From NCBI GenBank assembly GCA_027062125.1, contig JAMOTW010000033.1, forward strand, positions 28,095-52,094: 24,000 bases of DNA, given 5' to 3'. Positions 16,735-23,067 of the stretch are shown here, one piece after another. Below the pieces are notes generated by a model that was given only the letters and a program-made list of their open reading frames with translations, did not search any database and was not told the origin of the DNA. The position numbers and the translations under genes are program-made. The stretch's first letter is position 1; every line of letters starts with the position of its first letter. This DNA comes from Thermococcus sp. (GTDB taxonomy: Archaea; Methanobacteriota_B; Thermococci; Thermococcales; Thermococcaceae).

Positions 16735-16829
16735 GAAAAGCGCGTTCTGGAGTGGATTTCTTTGAGAACCACTTCTTGGGCAGAAAGGAGATTTGCCCCA
16801 AAGAGGCGTATTCTGAGGGGGTTCAAGCG

Positions 16830-16858
16830 TTTTTGGCGCTCCTTTGGAGCGCTAAAAA
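16830..16858 (+). repeat. Central T5/GC-hairpin/A5 element of unit U1
   Basis: TTTTTGGCGCTCC-ttt-GGAGCGCTAAAAA forms a 13-bp stem including one G-T(U) pair. It is followed by GCCGAACC. The counterpart in U2 is at 17488-17537. Confidence 0.8.
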
Positions 16859-16949
16859 GCCGAACCCTTCTCAAACGAACTACAGGAAACGAAATCCATG
16901 TTGACCAAGTGAGAGCAATATCTGAAGAAATCCTCCAAACAAGCCACTT

Positions 16950-16995
16950 AAAAGGAATCACGACCTTTGCCCAGCAACTTTGCGCAGGCAAAGTT
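16950..16995 (-). repeat. Hairpin module M2 (-)
   Basis: The minus strand reads AACTTTGC-ctgc-GCAAAGTT, then GCTGGGCAAAGGTC, then GTGATTCCTTTT. Confidence 0.85.
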
Positions 16996-17039
16996 TTCTG
17001 TACTCTCAAACCCCCGTAGTGGGGCTTCGCCCACGTTAA

Positions 17040-17084
17040 GAAACTTTTCTGGGGAAAAGTTTCATCAAAACTGGCAGCCTTTTA
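17040..17084 (+). repeat. Hairpin module M3 (+), degenerate tail
   Basis: GAAACTTTTC-tggg-GAAAAGTTTC (10 bp), then ATCAAAACTGGCAGCCTTTTA. Compare M6: GATCAAAAGCTGGTGATTCTTTTT. Confidence 0.65.
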
Positions 17085-17149
17085 GGGTTGCTAACCTAGT
17101 TAGAGGTTTACTCTCAACTTGCTCGTTTTAGTTGGGGTTTCTTCTCCCT

Positions 17150-17172
17150 AGCGCCCTTCGGGCGCTGTTTTT
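17150..17172 (+). terminator. GC hairpin with TTCG tetraloop followed by T5 (intrinsic-terminator-like), near the symmetry axis
   Basis: AGCGCCC-ttcg-GGGCGCT then GTTTTT. It is oriented for + strand transcription. Confidence 0.4.
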
Positions 17173-17266
17173 AGACAACCCCTCACCAACAAGCTTTCAT
17201 GAAAATAAACCCCTAAACAAGAATGCCCACTTGACGAGGCATGCAACTACCCACATACTCTCTTAA

Positions 17267-17309
17267 CTACTCAAACTCCTTTGGTCAAGCTTTGCGCAAG
17301 CAAAGCTTG
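17267..17309 (-). repeat. Hairpin module M4 (-), tail partly deleted
   Basis: CAAGCTTTGC-gcaa-GCAAAGCTTG (10 bp, 17286-17309). The minus-strand tail ACCAAAGGAGTTTGAGTAG aligns to the M6 tail ATCAAAAG..TTTGAGTGG if the GTGATTC block has been lost. The orientation call is tentative. Confidence 0.45.
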
Positions 17310-17339
17310 CTGGGGGGCTAACGCCCCCACACCCCCCAG

Positions 17340-17395
17340 AACTTTGCCTGCGTAAAGTTTCTGGACAAAGTTTCGTCAAAGTTCGTGATTCCTTA
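17340..17395 (+). repeat. Hairpin module M5 (+)
   Basis: AACTTTGC-ctgc-GTAAAGTT (one G-U pair), then a spacer with a duplicated CAAAGTT, then GTGATTCCTTA. The hairpin is nearly identical to M2 read on the minus strand. Confidence 0.8.
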
Positions 17396-17487
17396 CTTAG
17401 AATTCGCTAGGCAACGGGGGGTTTTAGTTGAAATCTGCAATTTTGGCCGGATTCATTCCAAAAAAGGTAACCCTTGATAGGTTCGGC

Positions 17488-17537
17488 TTTTTTAGCGCTC
17501 CGGAGGAGCGCGGGTTGAAGTTGAACCCGCTAAAAAA
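17488..17537 (+). repeat. Central T6/GC-hairpin/A6 element of unit U2, with an extra inserted hairpin (three-way-junction-like)
   Basis: TTTTTTA + GCGCTCC-gga-GGAGCGC + CGGGTT-gaagttg-AACCCG + (c) TAAAAAA. It is preceded by GGTTCGGC, the reverse complement of the GCCGAACC that follows the U1 element. Confidence 0.8.
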
Positions 17538-17605
17538 CGCCCTTTCGACATGAATCCAACGTACAATCTAACCAATAAAACAAACCCCACCAAAACTGAC
17601 CACTC

Positions 17606-17653
17606 AAAAAGAATCACCAGCTTTTGATCAAACTTTTGCCCTGCAAAAGTTTG
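17606..17653 (-). repeat. Hairpin module M6 (-)
   Basis: The minus strand reads CAAACTTTTGC-agg-GCAAAAGTTTG (11 bp), then ATCAAAAGCTG, then GTGATTCTTTTT. It starts 5 nt after the tRNA-Pro CCA, mirroring M1. Confidence 0.85.
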
Positions 17654-17658
17654 TTTCC

Positions 17659-17736
17659 TGGTGGGGCCGCCGGGATTCGAACCCGGGTCACGGGCTCCCA
17701 AAGCCCGCAGGATGGACCAGGCTACCCTACGGCCCC
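17659..17736 (-). tRNA. tRNA-Pro (anticodon UGG), CCA encoded, no intron
   Basis: Manual cloverleaf on the minus strand. Acceptor GGGGCCG/CGGCCCC. Anticodon stem CGGGC/GCCCG with loop TTTGGGA (G37). T arm CCGGG-TTCGAAT-CCCGG. Discriminator A followed by CCA. Confidence 0.92.
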
Positions 17737-17764
17737 GCCCGCGGTAGGTGCATCGGGGGGTTCC

Positions 17765-17777
17765 TTATTAAGCTTTT
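17765..17777 (-). promoter_or_regulatory. BRE/TATA promoter of tRNA-Pro
   Basis: The minus strand reads AAAAGCTTAATAA and ends 28 nt upstream of the tRNA 5' end. Confidence 0.6.
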
Positions 17778-17813
17778 CGCTGGAAGCTTTTGGAAAAGCT
17801 TGCTCCGCAGGAT

Positions 17814-17821
17814 TTTTATAA
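17814..17821 (+). promoter_or_regulatory. TATA box candidate for topA
   Basis: TTTTATAA lies 30 nt upstream of the ATG at 17851, so the leader is short or absent. Confidence 0.5.
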
Positions 17822-17850
17822 CCCCCGGACTACCTTTTCAAGGTGTCGCC

Positions 17851-20031
17851 ATGGTCACGCTCATCATCGCCGAGAAGCCGAACGTCGCGAGAAAGATCGC
17901 CTACGCCTTAGCAGAGGGCAAGCCCGTGAGGAAGACGATAGGGAAGGTCTCCTACTATGAGTTCACCCGCGACGGCAAGAAGGTGATAGTCGCCCCCGCG
18001 GTCGGCCACCTGTTCTCCCTCGCCCCGAAGGTTAAAACCTACGGCTATCCCGTCTTCGACATCGAGTGGGTTCCCGTCTACGTCGCCGAGAAGGGGAAGG
18101 GCTACGCCAAGGACTACATCAAGGCGTTAGCCACGCTTGCCAAGCGTGCCGACGAGTTCGTGGTTGCCTGCGACTACGACACGGAGGGCGAGGTGATAGG
18201 TTACACGGCCCTCAAATACGCCTGCGGCGTCGATCCGTCAAAGGCAAAGCGCATGAAGTTCTCCGCACTCACGAAGAAAGACCTCCTCAAGGCCTGGTAC
18301 AACCTCGAGCCGACGATAAACTTCGGGATGGCCGATGCCGGAATAGCACGCCACGTCCTCGACTGGTACTGGGGCGTGAACCTTTCGAGGGCCCTAACCT
18401 CGGCGATAAAGCGTGCGAGCGGCAAATGGATGGTCCTCTCCACCGGCCGCGTCCAGGGGCCGACGCTTAAGTTCCTCGTCGACAGGGAGAGGGAGATAGC
18501 CAATTTCAAGCCCACCCCGTACTGGGTCATAAAGATGCTACTCGAGAAAAACGGGGAGCAGTACACGGCGGTCTACGAAAAGGAGCGCATCCTCGATGAG
18601 AACGAGGCGAAGCGCATCGTCGAGGAGGCTAAGAAGGGCCCGGCCTTCGTCGAGAAGGTCGAGGTCAAGCAGCAGAGGAGGAATCCGCCGGTGCCCTTCG
18701 ACCTCGGAACCCTGCAGAGGGAGGCCTATTCTGCCTTTGGATACAGCCCGAAGAAGACTTTGGAGCTCGCACAGAAGCTGTATGAACGGGGATTAACGAG
18801 CTATCCCCGCACCTCATCCCAAAAGCTCCCCAAGAACCTCAACTTCCGCTCCATACTCCAGAACCTGGCAAAGCTACCCGAGTACAAGCCCTTCGCCCAC
18901 GAGCTTCTTGGTAAGGAGAGGCTCAAGCCCGTCGAGGGCAAGAAGGACGACCCGGCGCACCCGGCAATCTACCCCACCGGGGAGCTTCCAAAGCCCGGCG
19001 AGCTTACCAAGGACGAGGCCAACCTCTACGACCTCATCGTCAGACGCTTCCTAGCCCTCTTCATGGAGCCAGCCGTCAGGGAGATAATGAAGGTCGTAAT
19101 AAACTCCAACTCCCACCGCTTCATCCTGAGCGGCGCGCGAACGGTTAAGGAGGGCTGGCTGAAGGTATACGGCAAGTACGTCAAGTTCGACGAGGTGATC
19201 CTTCCAGCCTTCAGGGAGGGCGAGCCGGTCAAGGTCATTCAGATAAAGCGCGAGAAGAAGAAGACGAAGCCCCCGGCAAGGTACTCTCCAGCGGCGGTTA
19301 TTAAAAAGATGGAGGACCTCGGCATAGGAACCAAAGCCACCCGCGCCCAGATTCTGGAGACCCTCTACAGCAGGGGCTACATCGAGGGCAAGAGAAAGAT
19401 AAAGGTCACGCCCCTTGGAATGCGCGTCGTTGAGGCTTTGGAGAAGAACGTGCCCGACATAGTCAGCGTCGAGCTCACGAGGGCCTTCGAGGAGAAGATG
19501 GAGGAGATAATGGCCGGGAAGGCTGAGAAGGAGCAGGTCATCGAGGAGAGCAAGAACCAGCTGATCAAAATACTCAAGGTCTTCAAGGAGAAAGAGATGG
19601 ACATCGGCAGGATACTCCTCGAGACGACCGGCACGGGGGTAACCAAGTCAAAGGCCCCCGGAGGGAAAGCGGGCGCGGTTAAAGAGCTCAGCGAGGAGGA
19701 AGAGCGCGAGGTTCAGAGGGCCGTTGATGGGAAGGCCGGTAATGAAAAGGCCCGGAAGCCCGAGAGGAAAGCCCTCATCATAGGCAAGTGCCCCAAGTGC
19801 GGCGGCGACCTGGTCGTCCGCTACAACAGGAAAACCGGTAAGAGGTTCGTCGGCTGCTCCAACTGGCCGAAGTGCAACGTAACCTACCCCCTCCTCCAGC
19901 GCGGCGAGATAATCCCGACGGACAAAACCTGCTGTGGCGGTGCACCCGTCGTTAAAATCCGCGAGAAGGGCCGCGAGTACGAGATATGCGTCGACATGAA
20001 CTGCAGGGACTGGAAGAAGGGAAAGAAGTGA
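17851..20031 (+). CDS. topA: DNA topoisomerase, type IA (archaeal Topo I/III) with C-terminal zinc ribbons
   Basis: The Toprim start [17 protein letters not shown], the active-site region [13 protein letters not shown], and the C-terminal [16 protein letters not shown] zinc ribbon. The track start at 17800 was rejected in favour of the ATG after AGGTG. Confidence 0.93.
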   Translation: MVTLIIAEKPNVARKIAYALAEGKPVRKTIGKVSYYEFTRDGKKVIVAPAVGHLFSLAPKVKTYGYPVFDIEWVPVYVAEKGKGYAKDYIKALATLAKRADEFVVACDYDTEGEVIGYTALKYACGVDPSKAKRMKFSALTKKDLLKAWYNLEPTINFGMADAGIARHVLDWYWGVNLSRALTSAIKRASGKWMVLSTGRVQGPTLKFLVDREREIANFKPTPYWVIKMLLEKNGEQYTAVYEKERILDENEAKRIVEEAKKGPAFVEKVEVKQQRRNPPVPFDLGTLQREAYSAFGYSPKKTLELAQKLYERGLTSYPRTSSQKLPKNLNFRSILQNLAKLPEYKPFAHELLGKERLKPVEGKKDDPAHPAIYPTGELPKPGELTKDEANLYDLIVRRFLALFMEPAVREIMKVVINSNSHRFILSGARTVKEGWLKVYGKYVKFDEVILPAFREGEPVKVIQIKREKKKTKPPARYSPAAVIKKMEDLGIGTKATRAQILETLYSRGYIEGKRKIKVTPLGMRVVEALEKNVPDIVSVELTRAFEEKMEEIMAGKAEKEQVIEESKNQLIKILKVFKEKEMDIGRILLETTGTGVTKSKAPGGKAGAVKELSEEEEREVQRAVDGKAGNEKARKPERKALIIGKCPKCGGDLVVRYNRKTGKRFVGCSNWPKCNVTYPLLQRGEIIPTDKTCCGGAPVVKIREKGREYEICVDMNCRDWKKGKK

Positions 20032-21222
20032 TCAGAGGAGCTGCCTGAGCAGGTTTATCCTCCTCGGGCTGAGGATGACCTTCGGGTGCTTGAGGAGGGC
20101 CTTTATTACCTCCCCGTAGTCGCCGCCCGCTATCTTCTCCGTATCTGCACCGCTGAGAACCTGGATGAAGATATCGAGGTCTTCATCCGTGAGCTTCTCG
20201 GTGACCTTCCTGACCTTGAGAACCTTCTCGAGCCTCTTTCCGTCGATCTCCCACCACTCCCTGGTGTAGTTCTGGAGAAGTGAGAGGTTCTCCTCCTCGA
20301 GGGCCTTGGTTATCCACTTGCTCGCTATCGTTCCGGCCTCCATTGCCTCCGCCATTCCACCGCCGTGCATCGGGTTGACCTGTCTTGCCGCGTCGCCGAC
20401 GACGAGGACGTTGTCCTTGGCGAGCTCCTTCACGAAGCCGCCGACCGGGACAACTCCGACGTTCACCTCGAGAATCTTCTTGGCTGGTATGTTGTTCTCC
20501 TTCAGCCACTTGTCGAGGTAGTACTTAGCTGTCTGCGGGTTGTCGGAGTTTATTCCTATGCCGACGTTGGCCCTGTCCTCATCCTTCGGGAAGACCCAGA
20601 CGTAACCGCGAGGCGCTATCTCGTTGCCGAACCAGAGGTGTATCAAATCGGGGTCGTAGCCCTCGATGAGCATCTCGTACTCGTAGCTGGAATCGAACTC
20701 GTGGGGGGGAGCGTAGGTGTTTATGCCGGCTTTCCTGGCTATCATGCTCTCGACGCCGTCGGCGGCTACGATTATGTCCGCGTATATCTCGACGGGCTCG
20801 TCCTCGTGCTTGGCCTTGATTCCAACGACCTTCCCGTCCTTCCTTATGACGTCCTCGGCCTCGGTTCTGGCGAGAACATCGGCACCGGCCTTTGCTGCAT
20901 AATAGGCGAGCATCTTGTCGAAGACCTTCCTCTCGAGGATTACACCGCTTGCCTCGTTATAGCGGAGCTCAAGCTCATAGCCGCTCGGTGAGTAGAGCTT
21001 GGCCCCGTAAATCTCGCGGTTGATGAAGCGCTTGTCGTAGGGGATGTCGTACTTCTCGAAGACCTTGATGCCTATGCCCTCGGCACACTGCTTCGGCGTT
21101 CCTATCGCCCACTTCTTGTCAATTAGCAGAACCGAGAAACCGGCCCTGGCAACGTTTCTGGCAACGATCGGGCCGGCGATACCGGCGCCGACGACGACCA
21201 CATCGTATTTCATCTGCTTCAT
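20032..21222 (-). CDS. Geranylgeranyl reductase family flavoprotein (digeranylgeranylglycerophospholipid reductase-like)
   Basis: The FAD motif [13 protein letters not shown], plus QCAEGIG and [10 protein letters not shown]. The ATG at 21222 overlaps the ferredoxin stop codon (ATGA). Confidence 0.88.
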   Translation of the reverse strand: MKQMKYDVVVVGAGIAGPIVARNVARAGFSVLLIDKKWAIGTPKQCAEGIGIKVFEKYDIPYDKRFINREIYGAKLYSPSGYELELRYNEASGVILERKVFDKMLAYYAAKAGADVLARTEAEDVIRKDGKVVGIKAKHEDEPVEIYADIIVAADGVESMIARKAGINTYAPPHEFDSSYEYEMLIEGYDPDLIHLWFGNEIAPRGYVWVFPKDEDRANVGIGINSDNPQTAKYYLDKWLKENNIPAKKILEVNVGVVPVGGFVKELAKDNVLVVGDAARQVNPMHGGGMAEAMEAGTIASKWITKALEEENLSLLQNYTREWWEIDGKRLEKVLKVRKVTEKLTDEDLDIFIQVLSGADTEKIAGGDYGEVIKALLKHPKVILSPRRINLLRQLL

Positions 21223-21422
21223 TCGCTCACCTCCAGGGGTTCGGCGCTGAGCGCTCCAACGGGGCACGCGTTGATGCATATCCTGCACGAGATGCACTTG
21301 TCCTGGAAGAACTCCCAGCCGCTTGAGTGGACTTCTATTGCCAGGGTCGGACAGACACCAGCGCAGCCACCGCAGAGGTAACAGCGGTCCTCGTTGACCA
21401 CGACTTTAATCTTCTCCGGCAT
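21219..21422 (-). CDS. 2x[4Fe-4S] ferredoxin-like protein
   Basis: [12 protein letters not shown] and [12 protein letters not shown] are two CxxCxxCxxxCP motifs. The ATG at 21422 is preceded by GGTGAAGGTG. Confidence 0.88.
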   Translation of the reverse strand: MPEKIKVVVNEDRCYLCGGCAGVCPTLAIEVHSSGWEFFQDKCISCRICINACPVGALSAEPLEVSE

Positions 21423-22116
21423 CACCTTCACCGCCGATTCTTTGTTTTAGCCTTTCTTCGTCGATTTTAATGACCCCGTCTTTTATTCTTAACGGTACGA
21501 ACCTGTCCAGTTCCTGGGCCTTAACCAAAACCTCCCTCTCCTTGAGGTTGAGCCTGTCGCTGAGCTCGTCAACGGTGGCCTCGCCTACGAGGAGGATGTA
21601 GTGGAGAATGGCCAGCTGGGTCATGTCTCCAATCTCGGTGAGGTACCTCTCCTTTATCTCCTTCATGAGCCTGTCGCGCCTGCTCTCGACGGCCTGAAGG
21701 GCCTGAAGGATCTTCTCAAGCTCCCTGGTGAGTTCGAGGAATGAGCTCACCATCTCGTTGAGGCTCTCGTGCTCGACGGGAACGCGGGAGATGTCGATTT
21801 CGACCCTCTCCACGGGGGATTCGCCCAGGTCGAGACCGCGATACCAGAAGATGTTGGGCGTTATGGTGGTAACGTAGGACTTGGATATCGAGATGTCGTA
21901 GTACTTCCTCGCGGGCCCGATGAAGGGTCCCTCCCTCTCGTAGGACTTTAGAATGCCCTCCCTCTCCATAATTTTAAGGTGCTTGGCTACAGCGGTCGAG
22001 GACACGCTGACCTTGCTGCTCAGAAAGCTGAAGTAGCACTCGGTGCAGGTGAGGTGGCTGAGCAGATCGCGCCTCACCTTGTTCCCCAGGATGTAAAAGA
22101 TGTCCGGTTCAGTCAT
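21406..22116 (-). CDS. surR: Sulfur-response redox-switch transcription regulator SurR (ArsR-type wHTH)
   Basis: MTEPDIFYILGNKVRRDLLSHLTCTECYF.. carries the N-terminal CxxC. The gene is divergent from pdo, as in P. furiosus (PF0095/PF0094). The extended SurR box is present in the shared intergenic region. Confidence 0.85.
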   Translation of the reverse strand: MTEPDIFYILGNKVRRDLLSHLTCTECYFSFLSSKVSVSSTAVAKHLKIMEREGILKSYEREGPFIGPARKYYDISISKSYVTTITPNIFWYRGLDLGESPVERVEIDISRVPVEHESLNEMVSSFLELTRELEKILQALQAVESRRDRLMKEIKERYLTEIGDMTQLAILHYILLVGEATVDELSDRLNLKEREVLVKAQELDRFVPLRIKDGVIKIDEERLKQRIGGEGDAGED

Positions 22117-22147
22117 GACCCACACCACCCAAATCTGTGACGCAAAG

Positions 22148-22156
22148 CTTATATAG
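22148..22156 (-). promoter_or_regulatory. TATA box candidate for surR
   Basis: The minus strand reads CTATATAAG, about 32 nt upstream of the ATG at 22116. Confidence 0.5.
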
Positions 22157-22165
22157 TGAACATTC

Positions 22166-22182
22166 AACCTTAGGTTGCAAAC
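22166..22182. promoter_or_regulatory. Extended SurR recognition motif (GTTn3AACn5GTT, read on the minus strand)
   Basis: The plus strand reads AAC-cttag-GTT-gca-AAC, the exact reverse complement of GTTn3AACn5GTT. It lies between the surR and pdo TATA boxes. Confidence 0.7.
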
Positions 22183-22219
22183 CTGGAGATTAAACTCCAC
22201 GTGGTATTGTGCTCAAAAC

Positions 22220-22228
22220 GTTATAAAC
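22220..22228 (+). promoter_or_regulatory. pdo TATA box overlapping a core SurR motif (GTTn3AAC)
   Basis: GTTATAAAC ends 26 nt upstream of the pdo ATG at 22254. Confidence 0.6.
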
Positions 22229-22253
22229 CTTTAGATGTGGGAGGTGTTGGAAA

Positions 22254-22934
22254 ATGGGACTGATTAGCGACGCTGATAAGAAGGTCATCAGGGAGGAGTT
22301 CTTCTCCAAGCTGGCGAACCCCGTTAAGATTATCGGCTTCATAGGCAAGGACCACTGCCAGTACTGCGACCAGCTCAAGCAGCTGGTCCAGGAGCTCAGC
22401 GAGCTCACCGACAAGCTCACCTACGAGTTCCACGACTTTGACAGTGAGGAGGGCAGGAAGATAGCCGAGCAGTACAGAATCGACCGCGCCCCGGCGGTTA
22501 CCATAACCCAGGACGGCAAGGACATGGGCGTCCGCTTCTTCGGCCTTCCGGCCGGCCACGAGTTCGGTGCCTTCCTCGAGGACATCGTCGACGTCAGCAA
22601 CGCGACCACCGACCTCATGGGCGAGAGCAAGGAGGAGCTTGCCAAGATTGACAGGGACGTCAGGATACTCGTCTTCGTCACCCCGACCTGCCCGTACTGC
22701 CCGCTCGCCGTCAGGATGGCCCACAAGTTCGCCATCGAGAACACCAACGCCGGCAAGGGCAAGATACTCGGCGACATGGTCGAGGCCATCGAGTACCCCG
22801 AGTGGGCCGACCAGTACAGCGTCATGGCCGTCCCGAAGATAGTCATCCAGGTGGATGGCGAGGACAAGGTCCAGTTCGAGGGTGCCTATCCGGAGAAGAT
22901 GTTCATGGAGAAGCTTCTCGCCGCCCTCGAGTGA
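22254..22934 (+). CDS. pdo: Protein disulfide oxidoreductase (glutaredoxin-like, two thioredoxin folds)
   Basis: MGLISDADKKVIREEFFSKL.. with CQYC and CPYC active sites. It is near-identical in pattern to P. furiosus PDO as I remember it. Confidence 0.95.
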   Translation: MGLISDADKKVIREEFFSKLANPVKIIGFIGKDHCQYCDQLKQLVQELSELTDKLTYEFHDFDSEEGRKIAEQYRIDRAPAVTITQDGKDMGVRFFGLPAGHEFGAFLEDIVDVSNATTDLMGESKEELAKIDRDVRILVFVTPTCPYCPLAVRMAHKFAIENTNAGKGKILGDMVEAIEYPEWADQYSVMAVPKIVIQVDGEDKVQFEGAYPEKMFMEKLLAALE

Positions 22935-23022
22935 GGGCCCCTCTTCTTTCCCCTGCCTTTCTGAATTCCCGTATGCTCATTCGTGTGTCAATATCTCACT
23001 TCTACGGCCCCCGACTTTCCAC

Positions 23023-23037
23023 GGAAAAGTTATAAAT
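23023..23037 (+). promoter_or_regulatory. BRE/TATA promoter of the HprK-like gene
   Basis: GGAAAAGTTATAAAT ends 31 nt upstream of the ATG at 23068. Confidence 0.55.
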
Positions 23038-23067
23038 CCCGCCGACCAGTCCATAGCGGGGGAGCCA

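Noticed and set aside
16745-16762. Replication-origin ORB-like sequence (TTCTGGAGTGGATTTC versus the archaeal ORB core TCCAGTGGAAA)
   Set aside because: The match is only partial (GGAGTGGA versus CCAGTGGAAA). No orc1/cdc6 gene is adjacent and there is no extended AT-rich unwinding element. The motif is better explained as part of the unit TIR, since it recurs at 16929-16939 on the other strand.
16686-17019. ORFs inside the inter-tRNA island (16686..17009 -, 16723..17019 +, 17492..17701 -, 17624..17821 +, 16367..16801 -, 16513..16713 +)
   Set aside because: They overlap each other on both strands or overlap tRNA genes, and they start inside repeat modules without an RBS. The homologous inverted unit does not preserve any reading frame or amino-acid similarity (for example MIPFEKRVLEWISL.. 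versus [14 protein letters not shown]..). Conservation therefore acts on nucleotide blocks, not on a protein.
16684-17658. CRISPR array
   Set aside because: The repeats are not identical direct repeats with regular unique spacers. They alternate in orientation, differ in inner-stem sequence, and bear no resemblance to the Thermococcales repeat (GTTCCAATAAGACTAAAATAGAATTGAAAG type). No cas genes are nearby.
16684-17658. C/D-box or H/ACA guide sRNAs in the island
   Set aside because: The only UGAUGA-like box is on the minus strand at 17062-17067 and has no CUGA D box at guide-RNA distance. The GC hairpin followed by ACA (17313-17331) has only a 6-bp stem with no pseudouridylation pocket or K-turn.
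16607-17736. Integrated virus or plasmid remnant using the tRNA genes as att sites
   Set aside because: There is no integrase or other element gene, and I could not find a duplicated tRNA 3' segment (att repeat). The GGGTTCAAGCG at 16819-16829 and GCGGGTTGAAGTTGAACCCGC at 17510-17530 only loosely resemble a T-arm. A non-autonomous element remains possible (see findings).
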